From Octopus vulgaris (taxonomy: Eukaryota): a stretch of 64,000 nucleotides of DNA. This document shows, piece after piece, positions 15,297 through 28,986 of the stretch. The position numbers and the translations under genes are program-made. The number at the start of each line of letters is the position of its first letter. Position 1 is the first letter of the stretch. The stretch spans positions 20,956,001 to 21,020,000 of the forward strand of contig OX597841.1 in the NCBI GenBank assembly GCA_951406725.2, in the 5' to 3' direction. The notes under the pieces are model-generated. The model saw only the letters and a program-made list of their open reading frames with translations, made no database searches and was not told where the DNA came from.

Positions 15297-16171
15297 GCAG
15301 GCAATGACACATACACACATGCACACACACGCATACACACACATAGACACAAGTACATACACACACACACATGCAGGCAATGACACATTCACACATGCAC
15401 ATACACACACATGTACATACACACACACACATAGACACATGTACATACACACACTCATACCTGTATGAAAATGCACACACACACACACACACACGCATAC
15501 ACACACATAGACACAAGTACATACACACACACACATGCAGGCAATGACACATTCACACACGTACATACACACACAAACACACATGCTCACACACACACAC
15601 GCACATATACACACATGCACATACATGTGCATGCAAACACACAGACATACCTGTATGAAAACGCACACACACACACACATACACACATCCACACACACCT
15701 GTTTGTTTCATCTTTTAGTCAGGGGAGAATGCAATACTCAAAATTCTTAAAAGGGTCTGCAATAATGGCAATGAGGGAGTAGGGAATCTATCCTCAAACC
15801 AAAATCCTGGCCCAAATGTTTATAACAGAGTCGACTCCACCACCACCACCACCTGCACCACCACCATTAATGGGTACCTAGGGGACCAAGTAATGGTGTT
15901 ACAATGGGCATTTGATGAAGTCCACTACCTGTCGAGGGTCTGACGGGATTTGAACTCAGAACCCAAAGATTCACAATAAGCACAGCAAGGCATCCAGTGT
16001 CACGCTGATGCCGTTCTGTCATTCCCCTTCCTTTTTATTGGAACTTGTTTGTTGACCCCCGAAATGATAAAAGGTGAAAATTGGCGTCTGTGAGATTTGA
16101 ACTCAGTTTGTTGGGAATTGAAACAATTGCCCTGCATATATATGAGGAACAGCATTTTTTTTTTTAGACAT

Positions 16172-16381
16172 AGGCACAGGAGTGGCTGTGTGGTAATATG
16201 CTTGCTTACCAGCCACATGGTTCCGGGTTCAGTCCCACTGCGTGGCACCTTGGGCAAGTGTCTTCTACTATAGCCTCGGGCCGACCAAAGCCTTGTGAGT
16301 GGATTTGGTGGGTGAAAACTGAAAGAAGCCCGTAGTGTGTATATATATATATGTATATGTATATATGTATATATGTATATG

Positions 16382-16414
<33 letters not shown>

Positions 16415-16437
16415 GTATATATATATATGTATATATA

Positions 16438-16486
<49 letters not shown>

Positions 16487-16565
16487 GTGTATATGTATAT
16501 ATATGTATATGTATATATATATGTATATATATGTATATTTATGTATATGTATATTTATGTATATG

Positions 16566-16615
<50 letters not shown>

Positions 16616-16930
16616 TATATAATTGTCTGTGTGTCCGTGTTTGTTCCCTCACCATCGATTCACAACTGATGTTTACAGCCTTGTGAGTGGATTTGATAGA
16701 TGGAAACTAAAAGAAGCCTGTCATATATATATGTATATGTTTGTGTCTCTATGTTTGTCTCCCCCCACCATTGCCTGACAATTTAGGGGTTGAATAAAAG
16801 AGGCCGATAGAATAAGTTCCAGGCTTACAAAGAATAAGTCCTGGGGTCGAATTGTTTCGACTAAAAGGCGGTGCTCCAACATGGCCACAGTCAAATGACT
16901 GAAACAAGTACAAGAAAGAAAGGATAAAAG
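16172..16930 (+). mobile_element. SINE family A with expanded internal (TA)n and partial duplication
   Basis: Head at 16172-16335, long TA/TG tract, 3' pieces to ~16930. Confidence 0.75.
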
Positions 16931-17163
16931 AATGAGTCATCAAGAAATTCTGACCATCATCATCATAATCTTAAGCTCACCCCCATTCACACATACACTC
17001 GCACACACCATCCCCACATACACATATTCTCTTGCACACCCTAGTCCAGCCAGATCGCCATTATTATCTCTCTTTCACTCAGCCTCTTTCTTCTGACCAT
17101 TCCACCATGTTGAATTGTCAAACTGTCCTTTATCATTCTCTCTCCATTTTCTCCCTCTCAATC

Positions 17164-17199
17164 CTTTCTGATGAAGAGCCTAGGCTTGAAACATCAAAG
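17164..17199 (+). ncRNA. Minimal hammerhead ribozyme motif in a Penelope-like cassette (~16960-17292)
   Basis: CTTT-CTGATGA-A-GAGC-ctag-GCTT-GAAAC-ATC-AAAG; stem III is decayed (GTC expected). The cassette ends TTTGAACTATATATA, like the 34365 and 44660 cassettes. Confidence 0.6.
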
Positions 17200-17786
17200 A
17201 CTTTTCCATTCTTCCTGAGTGCCAAACTAACACCTGTTTGTTGTTTCCTCACCTGTCTTCACCTTTCGTTTTCTGTCAATTTGAACTATATATAATGTGC
17301 CACTGAAACCCGAGCGTGTCTTTGGTCAGCTGAAAGCTGATTTGGTAGAAACTTGGCAGACTCGTGTCTCATACTCACATCTTCAGTGATAATGGACTAA
17401 ACTGAACCGTAACTAATCTGCGCATCCTCTCATAACTCACCGATGGTTATTTGACAATTTCCCCTCACAGCTCCATGCACATCTGTAATGGTCTTTTTTA
17501 GTTCTGTTGGTTGCAGGTCCCCCAGAACGTTTGTCAATATCAACACATTTTCAGCCATCTCGGAAGTGTGTGAACCGCTGATGCGTTAGTGTGTGGCGCA
17601 TACCCTCCTCTCCGTATATTTTCTGCAACTTTGTGTATGCCTGTTAGCATGTAAAGCCATGATAACTTTCTCTGTCGTGGCCAATGCGATGACCACACGC
17701 TACACACCTTCCTTCCAAGCACTGCTGTAATCAACAGAAGTGAGCTACAATGTTAAAAGTTAGTGCTGAGTCCAAGGCGGCTTCGG

Positions 17787-17800
17787 TTACTATGGCAACA
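17787..17800. promoter_or_regulatory. RFX X-box-like motif
   Basis: GTTACTATGGCAAC within a non-repetitive island. Confidence 0.35.
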
Positions 17801-18437
17801 GTCTGGATGCTTATCGATCGGACCTCATATATGTAATGTGTATGTATAACAGTCATAAGGCAATTCACATTCTATAATGTAGTCCAAGATACACTTAGCC
17901 TCACTGAAAGATAGGATGGTCACAGCTGGTCTCTCCCTCTTTCTGTCTCCCTCTCCCTCTCTCTCTCTCTCTGTCTAGCCATCTCTTCTCCATTGATTTT
18001 TGTCTTTTCTCCTCCTCTCTCGTCCCCTCTTTTCCCTTTCCTCCTCTTCTCTCCTCCTCTCCTCCCCTCCCTTTTTGTCTTTCTTTTTTCTCATACCCTC
18101 CACTTTCTTCAACAACATCTCAAAGACGTCGAACCTCATTACCCATAATCCTTCACTCAAACTTTACCCCCTCTCCACCCCCTTTTCTTTCTCCTTTCCA
18201 CCTTTTCACACACACACACACACACATATATATATCTAAAGACACACACAAACATATATATTTATACACACACACACACACACACATATACACATATATA
18301 CACAAACAAATATATATATATATACACACACATATACACATATATACACAAACACAAACAAATATATATATATATATACACACACATATACACAAAAAGA
18401 GATAAATACATATATACGTACTCGCATAAGTTTACAT

Positions 18438-18488
<51 letters not shown>

Positions 18489-19323
18489 TATATACATACA
18501 TACATATATATATATATATGTTTATATACATACATACATACACATACACACACATATGCACACACACACACACACATATGTCTAAATACACACACAAACA
18601 TATATATTTATATATATATGTACACACACACACACACACACATATACACATATATACACAAACACAAACAAATATATATATATACACACATATACACAAA
18701 TATACACAAACATAAACAAATATAAATATATATATACACACATATACACAAAAAGAGATAAATACATATATACGCACTCGCATAAGTTTACATTCTTTTA
18801 TATATATATATATGTTTATATACATACACATAGACACACATATACGCACACACACACACACAGACACACGCATATCTTTTATTGGCTTGTTTATTCCTTT
18901 TTCTCATCCTGCCTTATTCCACCCGAACCCCCCACCCCACCCCCCCACCCCAGTCGACATCTTACTCCAAATCTGTGTTTTCCGTTAACAACATCAATAA
19001 CAACAACAACGACAACAACGACAACAACAACATCTTGAGAGAAACAAGAGGAATCGAATCTAATTACCCAGGATACTTCACTCTCTCATTATTCTCTCCT
19101 CCTCCACCTCCTCTACCTCCTCCACCTCCTCAATTTTTTTTCTGCCATTATTTATTGAAATACATTTTCTGTTGAATGTGTGTGTGAACGTATATATATA
19201 TGTGTGTGTGTGTGTGTGTATATATATGTATATGTGGTGTATACGTATATATATTTATGTATATATGTGCATGTATATGTATATATATATGTATATGTAT
19301 ATATATGTCTGTATGTGTGTGTG

Positions 19324-19372
<49 letters not shown>

Positions 19373-19377
19373 GTGTC

Positions 19378-19434
<57 letters not shown>

Positions 19435-19502
19435 GTATGTATATGTTGTGTATATGTATATATATTTATGTCTATATGTCCATGTATATGTATATATAAC
19501 GG

Positions 19503-19546
<44 letters not shown>

Positions 19547-20527
19547 ATATATATATATATATGTATGTGTATATATATGTATGTGTATATATGTGTGTGT
19601 GTATACACACACATATATATATATATATGTATATGTATATTTGTGTGTATATCTGGATAGATTTATGTTTAGATGGATGTATATATATGTATATAGATGT
19701 ATATCTATATGTATATATATGTATATCTATATGTATATATATGTATATGCATATGTATGTATGTATATAGGCATGCATTGATATGTAAAATACACACACA
19801 CACACACACACACACACTTCCTTTTTTGTTATTGTTTATCTTTTTTGCTCTTTCAATCTTCCGCTGACAATATTTCATTTGAACATCATCCGGCATTTTC
19901 TTTCATTTCTGGTATAACCATCACCATCACTCCCCCAATATGACCACCACCACCACCACCATCAATAATGCAAGATGATGGATTGGTAGTAATGTCAGCA
20001 GACCAGGAGAAAACTAAATATGCTAAAGCTTAGCTGAATTTCTTCCGCCTCTTTATATACTCTGGGTTCAAATCCTGCTGAGGTCGACATTGGTTTTCGT
20101 CCTTTTGGTTGGCGTCAGGAAGGGCATCCAGCTGTAGAAACTTTGCCAGATCAGATTGTGAGCGTGGGGCAGCTCTCCCTGCTTGACAGTCCTCAGTCAA
20201 ACTGTCCAACCCCTACCAGCATAGAAAACAATGGTGGTGGTGGTGGTGGTAGTGGCGGCGGCGGTGGTGGTTTTTGGTGGTGGTGGTGGTGGTGACTAAC
20301 ACTTAGCTATTTTTCTGTAGACTGAAAAAACTATGAACAGCTTTAATCGATTTTTGAATCTTCTGATGAAACCTTCTGGCTTCCCAGACCCCAGTAGAAC
20401 CGTCCAACCCATGCTAGCATGGAAAACGGACGCTAAACGATGATGATGATGATGATTTCACTCTCTTCCGAGGCATCTGTATCAATTTGACCAACCCCAG
20501 AGAGTCAAACTGCTAATCTTGGAATCT

Positions 20528-21301
20528 CTCTTTTACTTGTTTCAGTCATTTGACTGCGGCCATGCTGGAGCACCGTCTTTTAGTCGAGCAAATCAACCCC
20601 GGGACTTATTCTTTTGTAAGCCCAGTACTTATTCTATCGGTCTCTTTTGCCGAACTGCTAAGTAACGGGGACGTAAACACACCAGCATCGGTTGTCAAGC
20701 GATGTTGGGGGACAAACACAGACACACAAACATATACACACACATACATACATATATATATGTACATATATACGACAGGCTTCTTTCAGTTTCCGTCTAC
20801 CAAATCCACTCACAAAGCATTGGTCGGCCTGGGGCTATAGCAGAAGACACTTGCTCAAGGTGCCACGCAGTGGGACTGAACCCAGAACCATGTGGCTGGT
20901 AAGCAAGCTACTTACCACACAGCCACTCCTGCACCTATATATATATATATATACGACGGGCTTCTTTCAGTTTCCATCTACCAAATCCACTCACAAGGCA
21001 TTGGTCGGCCCGAGGCTATAGTAGAAGACACTTGCCCAAGGTGCTACGCAGTGGGACTGAACCCGGAACCATGTGGTTGGTAAGCAAGCTACTTACCACA
21101 CAGCCACTCCTGCACCTATATATATATATATATATATATACGACGGGCTTCTTTCAGTTTCCATCTACCAAATCCACTCACAAGGCATTGGTCGGCCCGA
21201 GGCTATAGTAGAAGACACTTGCCCAAGGTGCTACGCAGTGGGACTGAACCCGGAACCATGTGGCCGGTAAGCAAGCTACTTACCACACAGCCACTCCTGC
21301 G

Positions 21302-21341
<40 letters not shown>

Positions 21342-21507
21342 TACGACGGGCTTCTTTCGGTTTCTGTCAACCAAATCCACTCACAAGGCTTTGGTCGGCC
21401 TGAGGCTATAGCAGAAGACACTTGCTCAAGGTGCCACGCAGTGGGACTGAACCCGGAACCATGTGGTTGGTTAGCAAGCTACTTACCACACAGCCACTCC
21501 TGCGCCT
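20528..21507 (-). mobile_element. SINE family A full copy plus three tandem extra heads
   Basis: Full copy at ~20528-20935, then three ~165-bp heads, each separated by (TA)n. Confidence 0.9.
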
Positions 21508-22109
21508 ATGACTGATGAATTCATGGAACACCTCCTTTAGGTCTTACTCATCCTCATGACTTTTATTTTCAGTCATAAACCTGTAAGTCATAGGTTAGGC
21601 CCTGACTCTATTATTATCTCTAAATTTTAGACGAGGCAGGAATGCCACTTAAGGATTGTCTGAAGGAAATACCTAAGGAGTGTTTGCATTCAACCCAAGA
21701 TTTTCAGTCTGCTTCTATAATTGTTGTTCTTGTTGTAGCTGTCAGAGCTGTCTTTGGGTCGTCAATTATCCATTTATCCAATCCTAATTTCAAATGTAAA
21801 CCCCTTCGTCCACCCACGAAAGAGGGCTCCACACTCCTTGCTTGAAATACAGAAGTTAGGGCCCAGACAAAGCAGCATTATAGCAACACACGTGTGGTGG
21901 TGGTGGAGGGGGAGGTCTTTTATCTTTTACTCGCTTCAGTCGTTAGATTGTGGCCATGCTGGGGCACTGCTTTGGAGAAAGTTTAAGTTGAATCAGTCGG
22001 TTTCCGGAGTTATTTTGCTTTCTTTATTGGTCTCTTTTGTTGAACTGCTAGTTTACGGGGATGTAAACTAACCAGTACCGGTTGTCAAGCAAAGGGTGGG
22101 GAACAAGTA

Positions 22110-22146
<37 letters not shown>

Positions 22147-22395
22147 GGACATGGTCGAGTGGTGAGGGTGTTGCACTCATGAGGGTGCATTGTGTTCTTG
22201 AGCAAAACACTTCATTGCATTTTGCCCTGGGACTACTTTGACACCTTCCACATGGCTCACAGTGGCACCTGTTCAGGCAACATCAATTTGTTGGAGGGAG
22301 GGAGCTACACAGCTGACCCCTATAAAACAAATCACAATGCAGGTCATTTGACTAAAGCTGAACTCCCCTGTATCATCTTTGACGGAAGAGTCCGT

Positions 22396-23180
22396 CATCA
22401 TCATCATCATCGTTTAACATCTACTTCCCATGCTAGCATGGGCTGGACGGTTTGACTGAGGACTGGCAAGCTAGGAGGCTGCCCCAGGCTCTGATCGGAT
22501 TTGACAAGGTTCTACAGCTGGATGCCCTTCCTAATGCCAACCACTCTGAGAGTGTAGTGGGTGCTATTTATGAGCCACCGGCATGGCTGCCAGTCAGGTG
22601 GCACTGGCATTGGTCTCGCCAGAATGGTGCTTTTTACATGCCGTCAGCCATCGTATATATATATATGTGTGTATATATGTATTTGTATATGTATGTATAT
22701 ACATCGTCATCATTATGTAATGTCCACTGCTGGCAAGGGTTGGATTGTCTGACCAGGGCTGTTAAGCTGGGGAGCTGCACCAGACTTCAGTGTGGTTTGG
22801 CATGGCTGGATGCCCTTCCTAACACCAATCATTTTACAGAGCATGCTGGGTTCATTCACGTGACACAGTACAGGCTCCTTTATGTGGGGTCACATGGGCA
22901 CTTGTATGAGGCATGACATGGGTGCTTTTACATGGTACTCTCACAAGTGCTTTATGCCACTAAAGGGACCAGTTTTAACACTTCTGCTGTGAAGTACAGG
23001 TCTTCATGAGTACAACAAGGGGCCAGAGATCTTTGTCCTATGACATCTCACCTGAAAGGTTCAATGTCTTGAGATTGTTCTTCAGTACCTCATCCCATGT
23101 CTTCCTGGACCGTCCACTTTCACATGTCCCATCTACCTTGTGAGGTCAGCAATTCTTCATGGGGCTGTCAGCATCCATCG
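22396..23180 (-). mobile_element. RTE LINE 3' fragments (3' UTR pieces and ORF C-terminus)
   Basis: Minus strand ~23120-23000 reads SGRSRKTWDEVLKNNLKTLNLSGEM..DLW (RTE GRPRKTW motif). A (CAT)n-tailed UTR piece starts at 22396. Confidence 0.6.
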
Positions 23181-23600
23181 TGAGTAAGAAGTATATTTTG
23201 AGGGAAGCAGTTGCTATTTCTAGTAGACCGAACTACCACCTTGGTCTCCCCCATTTACACGAGAGAGTCCGGTGCAGTGTTGCTAACTGAAGCACCGTAT
23301 CATTCCATGCCCTCATCTCCACCTTCCCTGCCCCCCTTCCAGCCTTCCTGTTAGCAGGGCAACACCCTTCGTCAAGCCCCTTCCCCTCCCTCTTACCCCC
23401 TCCCCACAGGATGCTGCTTTTACCATCCGGCCACAGAGATGGCAGCTTGCCCACTGATCGACAATACAAACATCATCATCTTCTTCTCACAGTAGCCACA
23501 CCCTGCCCAAAGCATTAAGCGAATTATTAAACAAACACCACCTACTGGTTGTAGCTTGTGTTAGCCCAATGATCACCGCAATTGAAGTGCTTAACAGGGG

Positions 23601-23697
<97 letters not shown>

Positions 23698-23698
<1 letters not shown>

Positions 23699-24093
23699 GG
23701 CGCAGGAGTGGCTGTGTCGTAAGTAGCTTGCTTACCAACTACATGGTTCCGGGTTCAGTCCCACTGCGTGGCATCTTGGGAAAGTGTCTTCCGCTATAGC
23801 CTCGGGCCGACCAAAGCCTTGTGAGTGGATTTGGTAGACGGAAACTGAAAGAAGCCTGTCGTATATATGTATATATATATGTGTGTGTGTGTATGTGTTT
23901 GTGTTTGTCCCTGTAGCATTGCTTGACGACCAATGCTAGTGTGTTTACGTCCCCCGTCACTTAGCGGTTCGGCAAAAGAGACCAATAGAATAAGTACTAG
24001 GCTTACAAAGAATAAGTCCCGGGGTCGATTTGCTCGACTAAAAGGCGGTGCTCCAGCATGGCCGCAGTCAAATGACTGAAACAAGTAAAAGAG
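23698..24093 (+). mobile_element. SINE family A, full length
   Basis: AGGCGCAGGAGTGGCTGTG...GACTGAAACAAGTAAAAGAG, preceded by a long (TA)n. Confidence 0.92.
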
Positions 24094-24229
24094 TACAGTT
24101 TCTACAAAAGCCGAAGGAATAAAGTATATATAAGAGAGATTTGGCTGCTATTTCTAGAGTTAAACCTTACTGGCTCATAAGATAGCAGGGTGTGATTTCA
24201 GATTTATTTCGCTGCTCCACTGATTCTTG

Positions 24230-24452
24230 ACATGTAAAAAGCACCATCCGACCGTGGCCGTTTGCCAGCCTCGTCTGGCACCTGTGCAGGTGGCACGTAA
24301 AAAGCACCCACTACACTCTCGGAGTGGTTGGCGTTAGGAAGGGCATCCAACCGTAGAAACATTGCCAGATCAGGTGCTTCCCAGATCCCCAGTTGAACCG
24401 TCCAACCCATGCTAGCATGGAAAGCGGACGCTAAACGATGATGATGATGATT
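24230..24452 (+). mobile_element. RTE LINE 3' UTR with (GAT)n tail
   Basis: GGAGTGGTTGGCGTTAGGAAGGGCATCC..CCATGCTAGCATGGAAAGCGGACGCTAAAC(GAT)n. Confidence 0.75.
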
Positions 24453-25167
24453 ATGATGATACACACACACGCACTCATATATACATATAAAAGAGTAGAC
24501 TTTGATTTGAGAGAGATTTGCAGCCAAATTTCCCTTAAATTGCACCCTACTGTCTTATGTATGTATAAATATATATGTATGAACCAATGAGGGAGAGCTC
24601 TGTTTGGTAGCTAGAATAGAAACAGCAGCCAAATTTCCCTCCAATCACATCCTGCTGCTTTATGTATGTATGCATGTATGTATGTATGTACGTGAGTGTA
24701 TGTATGTATGAGCCAATGAGGGAATCGTGTATATGGTAGCTAGACCTCCTAGAAATAACAGTCAAATTTCTTTCAAATCATACATTTTAGGACTGCTAAA
24801 TGCAGGTAACTTTGAATATATAATGTTTTTGATGAAATTTAAAGAAAGAAAAAAAGTGGTAGGATTGGTGGTCACCGTTGGAGTGTCTCTTACAGTGTAA
24901 GGGAGTTGAACTTGCGCTGAACGAACACCATCGATGTCACCGCATCAAACTGCAGCACACTGCTCGAACCCTCCCACCACCGAGAAACTCATCTCCGCGT
25001 CACCATGGATACTCATTGATTTACTACTCCCACTGCTTCCCCGCCCTCCCCCCCTCCTCAATCTCCCATGGCAACCCACCCGACTAACCTTGAATCGTGA
25101 CACAAACAACTCACTTCAGTGTCAAACCTGATTACACAAAGTCAACTGGTGCGTGACTTGCCCCTCT

Positions 25168-25209
<42 letters not shown>

Positions 25210-25380
25210 TTCTGTCCTATTCTTTCTTCCTCTTTCTCTCTCTCTCTTTCTCTTCTCTTCTGTTTGTCTCTCTCTCTCTCGCTCTCTCTCTCAATATCTT
25301 CCCCCCCCGTCACTCTCCTCTCTCTCTCTCTCTCATTGCAAAAGTCCAATTATGCGCAAATATATGCTTGTGTGTATGTA

Positions 25381-25421
<41 letters not shown>

Positions 25422-25472
25422 GTACACATTTAAAAGAGAAAGAATTATATAAAGATATTCGTAGGTATACAT

Positions 25473-25513
<41 letters not shown>

Positions 25514-26616
25514 CACAGGTGTGGTTGTGCGGTAAAAAGCCTCCTATCCAGCCTCATGGTTCTGGGTTCAGTCCCACTGCGTGGTATCTGGGGCAAGTAT
25601 CTTCTAATATAGCCTTCTAATATCTATCTCTCTCTCTCTCTCTCCCTCACTATATATATATATATGTACATGTGTGTGTGTGTGAGTGTATGTATATCAT
25701 CATCATCTTCTTTTAATGTCCTTTGTCCGTGGTGGCATGGGTGGGACAGTTTGACCAAGGCTGACCAAGGTTTCAGTCTAATTTGGCATGGTTTCTATGG
25801 CTGGATTTCCTATCACCAGTCGCTCTCATAATGTAATGGGTGTTTCATGTGCCACTGGCACAGGTGCCATTCACGTGACACCAGTATCTGTCACAGCTGC
25901 GATTTTACTTGGCTGATATCCTCATCTTTATTGATTAATGTCTGTCTTCCATGCTGGCATGGGTTGGGCGGTTTGACTGAGGTCTGGAGAGCCAGCGGCT
26001 GCACCAGGCTCCAATAGGGTCTGGCAGAGATTCTACAGCTCGATGCCCTTCCTAATGCCAACCACTCCGAGACTGTAGTGGATGCTTTTTACGTGTCACC
26101 GGCACAGGGGCCAGTAAGGTGGGCCTAGCAACAATCATGTTCAGATGGTGCCGTTTACATGACACCAGCACGGGAGCCAATCGGAATTCACTGACCCCAA
26201 TATATATATAACACCAAGTAAGTTAGGGGCTGTGGATCCAACCCAGCAAGGGATAATACTTATCCAATATACTGTTGGTATAATACCCAAATTGTTAACT
26301 GCCGACAACCTCAATACAATTGACAGGTATAGGTACAACAAATTACTTTTTTCCATCGGCTGAAACAGCTGTAAGTGATTTTAATGATTTTAACGATTTA
26401 TATTAAAGTTTTTTTTAATAACTACTTGTATTCTTATCTTATATGTATTGAATTTTATACTGTATATATGTATATTATTATGTTCGTCATTTTGATAAAA
26501 AGATAAGTCAACATTCTAATATCCTAAAGCTGATGAACCAACTAATGTGTTTCTCCATTTTCTTATTTGTAATATACGCATATATATATATATATATATA
26601 TATATACGCATATATA

Positions 26617-26738
26617 TATGGTTCCGGGTTCAGTCCCACTGTGTGGCATCTTGGGCAAGTGTCTTCTACTATAGCCTCGGGCCGACCAAAGCCTTGTGAG
26701 TGGATTTGGTAGACGGAAGCTGAAAGAAGCCTGTCGTA

Positions 26739-26794
<56 letters not shown>

Positions 26795-27025
26795 CGTGTG
26801 CATGTTTGTGTGTCTGTGTTTGTCCTCCTAGCATTGCTTGACAACCGATGCTGGTGTGTTTACGTCCCCGTCACTTTGCGGTTCGGTGAAAGAGACCGAT
26901 AGAATAAGTACTAGGCTTACAAAGAATAAGTCCCGGGGGTCGATTTGCTCGACTAAAAGGCAGTGCTCCAGCATGGCCGCAGTGAAAGGACTGAAACAAG
27001 AAAAAAGAGTAAAAGTGTAAAGAGA
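26617..27025 (+). mobile_element. SINE family A (5'-truncated)
   Basis: B-box through to the 3' tail. Confidence 0.85.
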
Positions 27026-27264
27026 GAGTATATGAGTTGTGTCTCCCTGAATACTTCTATGTTACTCTCTCCCTCTTCTTCTCTCCTTCCTCTTCTTTTG
27101 TGTACAATATGACTCTGCACTCTTCTTCGGTGCAATTAGCAAAAAAATTTGATCGATCAGTCAGGTATATAATTGAATAATCTTGGCATGGAAAGCATGT
27201 GTGTACATGTAGACATATGCTTCTTTTAAATAACCATGTGTGTGTGTGTGTGTTTGTATCTTTG

Positions 27265-27660
27265 ATTGATTGATTGATTCTAGTTTCAGCTCACGAGCTG
27301 CAGCCATGCTGGGGCACCGCCATTTGGTGTTGCTACATGGTTTTACTTCACGAAAGCTTTTTAGCAACTGCCATCTGATGCATGAGAGAGTTCGATGCAG
27401 CTGCCCTCATCTGCACCTCCTGCCGTGAAGTTGGTTCATCTGGGACACCTGACAGGAAGAGATCCAGTTTCACTTTAAAGACATCTGCATCCACCCCATG
27501 CAGGTCTCTTAGAGTCTTCAGGAGGATATTGAAGAGCTGTGGGCCTCGGAAGCCCAGGCTATCACAGTATCTTGTCCTACATCTTGATGGCAAATTTGGA
27601 GTCCTAGGGACCACGCAGTGGCGCCCAGTTCTGGCATTTGTGTAACTCTCGATGCCAAAG
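27265..27660 (-). mobile_element. CR1/L2-group LINE 3' end whose tail matches SINE A
   Basis: ORF ...RTGRHCVVP..SLGFRGPQLFNILLKTLRD..FKVKLDLFLSGVPDEP..AASNSL, then GGCGGTGCCCCAGCATGGCTGCAGCTC..GAGCTGAAAC and (AATC)n. Confidence 0.75.
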
Positions 27661-27734
27661 TGTGTGTTTGTATGTGTGTGTGTATGCAGATGTATACGAT
27701 AAGTATTTGGGTGTGGGTGTGTAGATTTCATTTC

Positions 27735-27925
27735 TTCTTTTACTTGTCTCAGCCAGTTCACCGCGGCCACGCTGGAGCATGGCCTTCAAGTTGAACAAAT
27801 CGACCCCAGGTCTTATTCTTTCTAAACCAGGTACTTATTCTATCGGTCTCTTGCCGAACCGCTAAGTTACAGGGATGTAAACACACCAACATTGGCTGTC
27901 AAGCAATGATTGGAAGGCAAACACA
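27735..27925 (-). mobile_element. SINE family A, 3' half
   Basis: Matches the reverse complement of the SINE A 3' region. Confidence 0.75.
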
Positions 27926-28002
27926 AATGCACATACACATACAAACATTATATATATATATGTGTGTGTGTATATATATATATATATGTATATATGTATA
28001 TA

Positions 28003-28045
<43 letters not shown>

Positions 28046-28292
28046 ATATATATGTATATGTATATATATATGTGTATGTGTGTATATATATATATATATG
28101 TGAGTATATATATGTGAATATATATATGTATATATATGTGTATATATATGTGTATATATATATATATATGCATATATATATGCGTATATATATATATGCG
28201 TATATATATATGTGTATATATATGTGTATATATATATGTGTATATATATATGTGTGTATATATATATATATACATACATATACATATATACA

Positions 28293-28336
<44 letters not shown>

Positions 28337-28459
28337 CATACATGCATATAGATGCATACTTACATATATATATATATATATATATATACATACATGCATA
28401 TAGATGCATACTTACATATATATATATGCATATATACATACATATAGATGCATACATAC

Positions 28460-28496
<37 letters not shown>

Positions 28497-28501
28497 CATA
28501 C

Positions 28502-28533
<32 letters not shown>

Positions 28534-28545
28534 TTCTAGCAAAAA

Positions 28546-28583
28546 CTGTCTGATGAACGGCAACGAGAAACTCAGAGTAACAG
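28546..28583 (+). ncRNA. Minimal hammerhead ribozyme in an ~85-bp cassette (28534-28618) within (TA)n
   Basis: CTGT-CTGATGA-ACG-GCAA-CGA-GAAA-CTC-a-GAG-TA-ACAG, with AATAAA downstream followed by (TA)n. Second copy at 53014-53051 (-). Confidence 0.65.
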
Positions 28584-28616
28584 ATTTTGTTGAATTTTCT
28601 GCTGCTTAAAATAAAG

Positions 28617-28675
<59 letters not shown>

Positions 28676-28986
28676 CACATTCACATATGCTATGTACGAA
28701 TGTGTATTGTAGGCAGTTGTTAGGTGATATGGGTGGATGGAGAGGGTGAAATTGCTTCTACAATTAAAATAATTAGGTTAATGAAAAGTGCTCTGTCTCT
28801 CCCTCTTTATCTCTTTCTCTCTCGTTATCCAATCGGACTTGATTATTAATTGTTTTATGTAATATATGTAGACACACACACACACACTCCTGTGTGTGTG
28901 TGTTTGTCTGCATCATTCACCATTTAAATTTGTATTATATCTTCTCACCCCACCATACATACACTCTACCCACCACACACACACGT

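Noticed and set aside
18218-18800. Direct duplication of a CGCATAAGTTTACATTC-containing block
   Set aside because: Ordinary microsatellite-mediated local duplication with no element hallmarks.
23698-23775. SINE heads as functional tRNA genes
   Set aside because: A and B boxes are present, but there is no complete cloverleaf and they continue into SINE bodies.
20360-26560. Isolated CTGATGA at ~20364, ~21512 and ~26530
   Set aside because: No properly placed GAAA or paired stems.
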